Positions 55,451 through 64,000 of a stretch of DNA of 64,000 nt are shown here, in pieces. Below the pieces are notes generated by a model that saw nothing but the letters and a program-made list of their open reading frames with translations, was not told the DNA's origin and did no database searches. Source of the stretch: Mytilus edulis. Taxonomy: Eukaryota. How positions within the stretch are numbered: position 1 is the stretch's first letter; the number at the start of each line of letters is the position of its first letter. The position numbers were made by a program, and so were the translations under genes. Location of the stretch: assembly GCF_963676685.1 (NCBI RefSeq), contig NC_092351.1, forward strand, positions 89,652,001 to 89,716,000, read 5' to 3'.

Positions 55451-56018
55451 GTAAGTGTGGTGTTATGTAGTTTCGGAAGAGAACAAAAGACCAAATATAA
55501 GTTCAAAGTTAATTATCAAATAAAAAATGCAAATTTAAAAAAACAAATATATGTAAAACACAAAGCAATACAAAAAAAACAAAAAACAAATAGCAGACAG
55601 CAATACTATTTCAAGCCTTGTTAACATGTATAAAAAAAAGTTATAAAGCCGAACAAGTACAAAGTTAAAGATTGTTTCGTGATCTATTATTCCTTATAAA
55701 TTGCAAAGTAGTATTTGACGCTTTCCGCATGATTTACTAGTGTATACTTCAATTTGTTTTAGTTATCTACACTTATTATGCTTATTAACTGAGAAAAAAA
55801 ATGTATTAATCGTATGATTTGTAGTTTTTTATACTTTTACCCGGAACTTGTTGAGGACACTATAAATGATAGGATTACACTGGTGTGCATACTTCATATC
55901 GACAATACTTATACAAAACAAACATATGTGTGTGTGTGTCTATTATATTGTCTTAGGTTCATTGATATGTGTATTGATTTACAAATAAACTGTTAACTCT
56001 AACATGTCTTCATTTCAG

Positions 56019-56036
56019 GACAAATACAACTTCTGA
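56019..56036 (+). CDS. TRIM-like microexon, 18 nt (K-TNTTS-E)
   Basis: tcttcatttcag|GACAAATACAACTTCTGA|gtaagt. Confidence 0.8.
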   Translation, partial: DKYNF

Positions 56037-56427
56037 GTAAGTACCTCTATTCAAATTAATTAACGAAAAATATTCTGAAAAAGTCTGTCTTATAGAATGT
56101 TACATATTCATTTTTACACACTAATATTATCAAAAAACAGCCCGTACGAATATATTTGAGTAATTTACATGAACACAAATATATTCATCATATCTTATAG
56201 GGGAAATGTTGCTGATAAACACAACAGATTTGCAGTTAAATGAGTCATATGACCGACCGATTATAGATCACAAGTAATAGTTTATCATTTATAACAATCC
56301 ATCTTACTGATAGTTGATTTATGTAAGTGGCAAAAACTGTAGCCTATTTATTAACTGTTGTTCAATATGTATAAATATTTCACAATAGTATGCACTTTAT
56401 CTTACAATTATATTGATTCATTTACAG

Positions 56428-56442
56428 ACAATCACCTATTCA
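56428..56442 (+). CDS. TRIM-like microexon, 15 nt (E-QSPI-Q)
   Basis: ttcatttacag|ACAATCACCTATTCA|gtaagt. Confidence 0.8.
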
Positions 56443-57449
56443 GTAAGTATAAGCATCATGTCATTGAAAAAAAAATTAAGTGTACCTGATATAAGACAAA
56501 CAATTCAACATTGAGTTCATGAGTGAGATCTATCAATGTTAAAAAGAGGGACGAAAGTGCCAGAAGGACTACACAAGAAGTTAGACAAAGATTCAAAAGT
56601 CATGTATACCGGTATTACAATTTTAAACCAAGGTTCAATACCAGTTGAAATTGCAGCTGATCAAAATTTTAAGATCACATAAAATAAAAATATTTGAAAT
56701 TGCAAATCAAAGTAGTACACAATTGTGTTATTAAGTTTTTTTAAAACGAAAAAATGCTATGTTCGTTTCTATACCGAATTATTGACCGGGTTTTATTTAC
56801 TTATATTAACTTTTAGAATGAACACTGTTCAGTGCAATTTATGAACATTTATTTAGGAAGAAACCAGAAACTATAGAACACTTACTATGAGGCTGTCATC
56901 ATGGTTACATTGTTGTATTCATCAATCTTGCACTATCTGAATATTTGAATTTATGAAGCAACAGATATTGAAATTCCACTGAATATTATCATTGTCATCA
57001 TTCGTGTCATTGGCCCATATAAAAACTATAATCTATAAAAGTCATTTTACCAGCAAAGTACAGATCAAAGATGCAAGATGAAAAACCAGAGGGACTTAAA
57101 ATTTTATTAAAGACAATTTTAGAAAGCATACTTGCTAACAAAAAACATATACTGGAACTCCTGGGTTAAAGTCACTGATTAGGTTTTAATGATATTAATT
57201 ATTAATGCATCAATATGCTTGTACTGTAATTCCAATTATCTTTATACTAGTGAAAATATTATACTTAGTTATTCTGTTATATGATATCGTATATTCCCCC
57301 CCCCCTTATCTTTGATTGATTATGCTTATTTATCTGGCTTTTTTTTATCATATGTCACCATAAATGAATATATATATATAAATGCCTGTCAATCAAGGAA
57401 GAAAAAGAAAATCTTAACACTTTATTAATTTCTAAATTATTATCAGCAT

Positions 57450-58345
57450 GTGATACAAATTCAAAAGATCTTTTAGAGAACAATCAATCTAAAAAACTTT
57501 TATCTTGCAATATTATTAAAACATTTTTACACAATTCTAATTTGCACAAGTATTTCCCATACCAAGAGAAAAGAAAAATTGAAAGAGCTGGTATTGCTAC
57601 GTTATTAAAAAGGATTGCAAACGTAAAGAATATTATCTTGTCTTAGGGAGGGATATTTCCTACTTTGTAAAGGATCACTATAATTCAAACAAAAAAATCT
57701 CTGAAACTTACATTAGCAATATGCTTAATTTTTTTATTGACAACATATTTGGAAAACGTGTTTTCAACAGACTGTCGAAATTCCAATGGGAACCAATTCT
57801 GCCCCTCCCATGCCGACGTTATTGACTTGTTTCTTTATTATTATAAGGCTGACTTAATACATGAACTTCTTAGAAAGAAAGAGAAGAAGTTAACAATATC
57901 CTTTAATAAACTTTGCATTCCGGTATATTGATGATTTTCTGTCACTAAATGTTTCAAAATTTGGTGCTTATGTTGAACTTATCCATCCAAACGAACTAGT
58001 GATAAAGGACAGAACAGATACAGTGAAATCTGTCTCATACTTTGACTTACATCTAGAAATTGACAATTAGGGTCGGTTGAAAAGAAATTTGTAATTGATA
58101 TGATATTCCCGGGCTTGTATTCCCTATCATGATGTCCTTGATAGAGGGTTGCTGCTCACAAGGAAGCTTTTAAACCTAGAGTTTCAATAGTGCAGTTGAA
58201 ATCATTCTTTCGTAAATGTTACGGACGCCATCACGAGTTGATTGACCGGTATGGAATAACTGTTTCAGATATGATATCGGATATGTTCTTCCCTTTTCAT
58301 GTGACCTACCGAATTGGACTTTTTACCGGGTTCGTATTAATATGA
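57450..58345 (+). mobile_element. Degenerate Penelope-like reverse transcriptase fragment
   Basis: Broken frames give QQTVEIPMGTNSAP, DLFLYYY, RYIDDFLSL and YFDLHLEID. Confidence 0.75.
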
Positions 58346-58351
58346 GACATG

Positions 58352-59332
58352 TTTTTACGACCGCAAACATTAGAAATTTTTTGGTCATATATTGGTATGA
58401 CGTTGCGTCGTAGCGTCGTCGTCGTTGTTGTTGTCGTCGTCGTCGTCGTCGTCGTTGTCGACGTCTTGGTTTGGATTGATTTTGGAAGTTTTGGTACCAA
58501 CAGTTTAGGAATTAGGGGCAAAAAAAGGACCAACACAAGCATTTTTTTTAGTTTTTGCACAATAACTTTAGTATGAGTAAATAGAAATCTATGAAATTTA
58601 AACACAAGGAGTATGACGACAAAAGGAAGGTTGGGATAGATTTTGGGAGTTTAGGTCTCAACAATTTAGGAAAAAGGTCAAAAGGGTCTAAAATTGAATT
58701 ATTGAGGTTTTGATATGCCAAATGCAACCGTGTATTTAGATTCTTAATTTTGGTGCTGTTTTCAGATTGGTCAACATTAAGGTCCAAAGGATCCAACATT
58801 AAACTTAGTTTGATTTTAACAAAAATTGAATTCTTGGGTTTCTTTGATATGCTGAATCTATACATGTACTTGGATTTTGAATTATGGTCCAGTTTTCAAG
58901 TTGGTCAAAATCGGGGTCCAAAATTAAAATTGTTTGATTTCAACAAAATCAATATTTGGGGTTCTGCAATATGCTGAATCTAACCATATATTCAGATTTT
59001 TAATATTTGAGCCCGGTTTATAAAATTAATCCATATTGAGGTCAAAAGGGTCCAAAATTGAACATTATTTTATTTCATCAAAAATTGAATTCTTGGGGTT
59101 CTTTGACATGCTGAAAATAACCATGTATTTAGATTTTGGATATTGGGATATCGACCATAATAGGTAAATGTCCAATTTAAAATTTTTAAGTTAAGAAACC
59201 GATGTTGTGTCAACTATTTAATCACAATCCGAATTCAGAGCTGTATCAAGCTTGAATGTTGTGTCCATACATGCCCCAACTGTTCAGGGTTCGACCTCTG
59301 CGGTCGTATAAAGCTGCGACCTGCGGAACATC
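58352..59332 (+). mobile_element. Helentron-associated (HINE/DINE-1-like) non-autonomous element
   Basis: Sub-terminal inverted repeats tacgaccgca (58356-58365) and tgcggtcgta (59299-59308), a (GTC/GTT)n microsatellite near the 5' end, internal degenerate repeats, a 3' GC-rich hairpin and T-rich flanks. Confidence 0.75.
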
Positions 59333-60605
59333 TTTTTTGTCATAATTCAGTAAACCGCTGATTTTGGTTTGTTAAGTCTAAGTATATTCGTTAAGCTGTG
59401 CTATATATTTTTCATTTATTTGTTTTGTCTATTCTTTTTATTTTTGTAACTTATTGTCCTAGTCTTTAATATCATAAATTGAGAATGGAAATGGGGAATG
59501 TGTCAAAGAGACAACAACCCGACCAAATAAAAGAACAACAGCATAGGGTCACCAACAGGTCTTCAATGTAGCGAGAAATTCCCGCAGAAATGTCAATTCT
59601 CACATCATTGTTGAATGATACATTTTTTATTTGAATGGTATGATGAACAACGTAAAATTGAGAGCTGTGGTTGTATCGAAAATATCGAAATTCAACCTGT
59701 TATTGGTTTCGAGGTTTACAAGGAAATACTTCGTGTTGAACTTCGGATTTCGAAAATAATAAAACAGAACGGCCCATATCATACCCCTATAGTCATGTAA
59801 GTGACGAGGTGTCTAACCTTAATTGTTTCCGTAGATCACCACTCCACTTTTTTAATTTGCTTAAGATATTTTTGCCATACAACTAAAGCCGTTATTCAAC
59901 CATTCAATAAAACAAATAATTTAATAGAATCTCTGTAATGTCAGGATACATAATGTGTTGTGGTAATCATGGTAACATAAGTATACAAATGGAATAACAC
60001 TAACGGGATCAGTATAACTTTGATGAACCTTAACAATACAAAATTGATAAACAAGTATTGTAACATTACAGATCCAAAGTACTTTGCTCATCAAATCGCA
60101 AGAACTGTAAAGTTTAAACCAATTATATATGTTATATAAAGGTGTAATCGTTTGCCAAATTATGATGTTAGGACAATTATTTAAAAAAATAAACGAAAAT
60201 TTATTATGCTGTAGTTGTACCTTGTAGTTAAAAGTAACGCATGATCTCTCGTTATTTCAGTTTTGGTACTCTGGATTAACATGATCCAGGAACTGAATAC
60301 CATTTCTAAAAGGTCAATCTATTTCAGTCGAATGTTCTTGACGACAAAAATGAGTATCGTTATCACACGTAAATGAAACAGGCGAGGAATTTTTGTTGAA
60401 TATATTGTTCGAATATACTTTGCCGTTCTTACATGGTTTGTTTGAATCGGTTAATTTTGAATTTTTTAATGTTTTTTTTTTTTTTTTTTTTTTTTTTAAT
60501 GTTACATAACTGTATTTGCATTTCTATATACATTTTAATAATTGTTTGATAACGATAGTTAATGTTAAATAAAATTAAATGCCAATGTCTTTCTATTTTT
60601 TATAG

Positions 60606-60614
60606 GTATACTCC
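60606..60614 (+). CDS. TRIM-like microexon, 9 nt (Q-Y-T-P); the gene continues beyond the window
   Basis: tctttctatttttatag|GTATACTCC|gtaagt; flanks homologous to those of exon 2548. Confidence 0.75.
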
Positions 60615-61064
60615 GTAAGTATATATTTGTTATTGTTCTTTGTTAAGATATTTGTTGTAAATTTATATCTGAGTAAATCTGGTGTAAATTTGTAACTAGG
60701 TCTAAAAAACATTATATTCACATGATGTTTCGGACCATAACTTTTAGACTCAGAAATGATTAAAATGTCCCTTATTAATACTGTTTACGGTATAATTATA
60801 AACTAATCGACACATGTACTACTGAGAAACATCGGGACCTTGTAGTTTTATCTTTGTTCGACATTCCATCATTCCATGAACAATCTATATACGGACATTT
60901 TCATAATCGCCTTCACAGATTGCATTGGTCTTCAGTATGTGAATCTAGTACGATGAGCTACAGATTGAGTTCACGTTTGTTTTCCCCTGCTGATTTTTAA
61001 TTTAAACTTTGAAAACTCGTACAAATAACAGAAATAAGACTTTTTACTCAAGTCCGATTCATTT

Positions 61065-61300
61065 TGAGGGTGCAAACTGAAAAAAGTAAAATCACAAAAA
61101 TATTGAACTCCGAGAAAAATTCAATCGGAAAGTCCCTAATCACATGGCAACATCAAACGACAAAGCATATCAAACGAATGAACAACAACTGTAATATTCC
61201 TGACTTGGTACAGGCATTTTCAAATGTAGAAAATGGTGGATTGAACCTTGTTTTATGGCGCTAAACCTCTCACTTGTACGACCGTCGCATCAAATTTAAT
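61065..61300 (+). mobile_element. Dispersed repeat family with core attcctgacttggtacaggcatttt
   Basis: Related copies at about 32250, 34520 and 62570, and inverted copies at about 33040 and 63650. Confidence 0.7.
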
Positions 61301-64000
61301 AATATTGATTATGAACCATTATTGTCATTCCGATACATCTTGCTATCAATTTGGTTTCATTTTCTCTCTTTTTGTCTGTTTTTTAATGAGTTACACGGCA
61401 GAGGTACCAAATGCAGCTAGCGTACGAATCTAAGGAAACGTCATGAATCAACTCAATGATAACGTGCAAAGGATACTTTATTTTATCTTATCACACATTT
61501 TGCACTAATAAGTACGTCTTTGCATGGCCAATACTAGCCGGAATTCAAGGTTGGTTTTTTGCCCCCGAGGCCAATATTGATATTAGTCCTCGAATTCCAC
61601 ATCGAGCCCCCGAATTTGACCTCCTGTAATCTGTCAATCAAAATCTATTTTGAAACAAGATGTAATCTGAAGCAGCTAGACTATATATTTATGACAGAAC
61701 TTTGTTTTCTCACTGTGATACGAATTTTGTTAACTCAGTGTGATACATTTTTTTTATGTTTGTCTTCAAATATATTTTGAATTTTTGTTGAAAATACTAA
61801 ACATGATTTGATATATGCCTCCTTTTTTTCTCCAGCTTGAAAATATGTGATTAATCGTTTATTACATGTCAATTTCCATATTGGCCGTGGTATCAGCCCA
61901 CGACTCATAATAAGCCATCGGGCTAAAGACCTCTGGCTTGATATCGGAGTCTAGGGCTGATACCTTAACTGTTAGAATATCTGATTTTCAGATCCTAGTC
62001 TTTTCTTTATCCGGAATTCTTCTTCTAACGGTTTCGCAATCCAAACTGAATTTTATCTGCGATAAGTTCACAAATAAGTACGATGTTTTGAAGAAATTTC
62101 GGAAAATTCTGAGACAACGTATATATCAATATCTGAATAAGTCTTTTTTGGTATCTGTGTATATGGTAACACAGGAAACTTCTAGATCAATGTAGAAGAG
62201 AAATTTAATGATAAGCAACTTGAAAACGTCGAAGGTTCTAGATGTAGGTCAATACCAATTATTACATTAAGTGTTGCGAAAGGCACGTATTTTATGATAC
62301 TGCATTGAAATTGAGTGTTTGATTACTTTCAACATATTTATTTATAGTGGATTGGGAAACAAGTAATGGAAACTTATATTAATCCTTTTCCACCTTGGGG
62401 ATGAGAGTGCTGCCTTGTAGTGGAAATAACCTGCTCTTTTTCGGAATATACAAGGATGTCTTTTACGTGCAAGAGATATGGCTCTCTCATTTCACGGGTC
62501 AGCCATATATCGCCCTCTTCCTACGGACTATCATCGTTTCTAAAAATCATACTCGATAATGGTGTCCAAAAGTAAAATCACAAAAATACTGCACTTTTCA
62601 AAAAATTTGGCAAAATCAAAAGCTCAAACACATCAAAAGATCAAACACATCAAACTAGATAACAACTGTCATATTCCGAACTTGGTACAATCATTCTCAT
62701 CCTGTGTCAAAGGAGATCCGAAAATTCAGTCCCCGAAATTTGAACGAACATTGAACCCGGAACCATTGTGCTAGTAGTCCGATACGTCAAAATTAATATA
62801 ATCAACCTGGTATAATTTATAAAAAATGTTATATTGTTTATCAATCTCTTTTCTATGCACAACTGAAGAAGTTAAACAAACACTGCACGTTTAGTTTGCA
62901 ACATACGTTTTTAATGATTGGAAATGATTTGTATCGTAAATATTAAAGATACCAAATTAGACAGTTTCTTGTCAGAAAAAATGCCTTATCAAAGGACATA
63001 AGAATGGAAAGAATGAAATGCCTTGATTGAAAGCAGAACAGGTACACTGAGACGGAGAACAGCAGTAAAACCGCGATTCATTATCGGAAATTTTATGTTA
63101 GGAAATATCATAAAAAAACTCTTTGCCGTCGAGTGAATGTTCCTTGACTGTTAACATTGATAGATAACCCCAATGGTATACAACATGTTTAGTCTCGTTA
63201 AAGTTAAAGTGAAGTATGTTCTTTAACAGAACTACAGTCCAAGTACTTGTCTTTACATTCCTGGAGTTTTTATATCACTAACTGCTGTTAACGTTTTATA
63301 AATATTTTACGTATTTTATTTAGTTGGTTTTTGTATTCCTGGAATTTCATTTTGTTAGTCTCGTGACATGCTGTTTTCATAATTTGTTTGATAATCTAAG
63401 GATTTTCTACACGTATGCATTGATATCGAGCTCAGCTATACTCTGTCTCGATGATATATTTCAAATGGGTATAATTATGTTCTTTTATAGGTTGTCAATA
63501 ACAAACAAAAAATCGTATTCTTGATTTCGTCTGGAGTTTTGAAATAACTTTGCAATATAATGGAATTTTGTCATTCAAGATAGAGGTTCTGCTAGCTATA
63601 ACACCAGGTTCAATCCTCAGTTTTCAACATAAGCAAATGGATGTGCCAATTAAGGAATATGACAGTTCTTGTTCAATCGTTTGATGTGTATGAGCTTTTG
63701 ATTTTGTCATATGCTTAGGGACTTTTAGTTTATGATTTTCCTAGGTTTTTTTTTTTTATTATTTTTTGTATTAGAATAGGCTCCACGTCCACTTTTTTTT
63801 GTCCATCTGATGAGTGAAGCCTTTTTAACTGAATTTTATAGTTCGTTCTAATGTTGTACTATTATACCTCTGTCCAAAGTTAGGGGAGGGTTGGGGTCCC
63901 GTTTACATGTTTAACCCCGCCACGGTATGTATGTACGTGCCTGTCCCGATTCCGGAGCCTGTAATTCAGTGGTTGTCGTATGTTTATGTGTTACATATTT

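Noticed and set aside
58306-58605. Poly-Thr / poly-Val ORFs
   Set aside because: They are translations of the (GTC)n microsatellite inside the Helentron-like element.

Overview
AT-rich animal genomic DNA; the repeat families resemble those I associate with bivalves (Mytilus-like), which is inference. The ORF track misses the main gene structure: a tandem cluster of RING-less TRIM-like (B-box1/B-box2/coiled-coil) genes on the + strand whose C-terminus is built from tiny symmetric phase-2 exons (54, 48, 18, 15, 12, 9 nt). The gene starting at 52047 splices to five such exons, including a first CxxC (YRCLRC). The first 38 kb hold two tandem copies (A and B) of the 3' half of a paralogue: 9/12/12/18-nt microexons plus a terminal exon giving DCKKCGKREIHFLIGEL* or DCETCGFVQLHEMIGEL*. 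Combined across paralogues, this predicts a C4 zinc ribbon whose inter-knuckle loop is assembled from duplicating, diverging and decaying microexons. Also present: a young full-length BEL/Pao LTR retrotransposon (19445-26067), a CR1-like LINE remnant at the duplication junction, a 113-bp minisatellite whose single-copy precursor is visible in the paralogous intron, a 5.7-kb 37-bp satellite, a degenerate hammerhead retrozyme, and Tc1, Penelope-like, Kolobok-like and Helentron-like elements.
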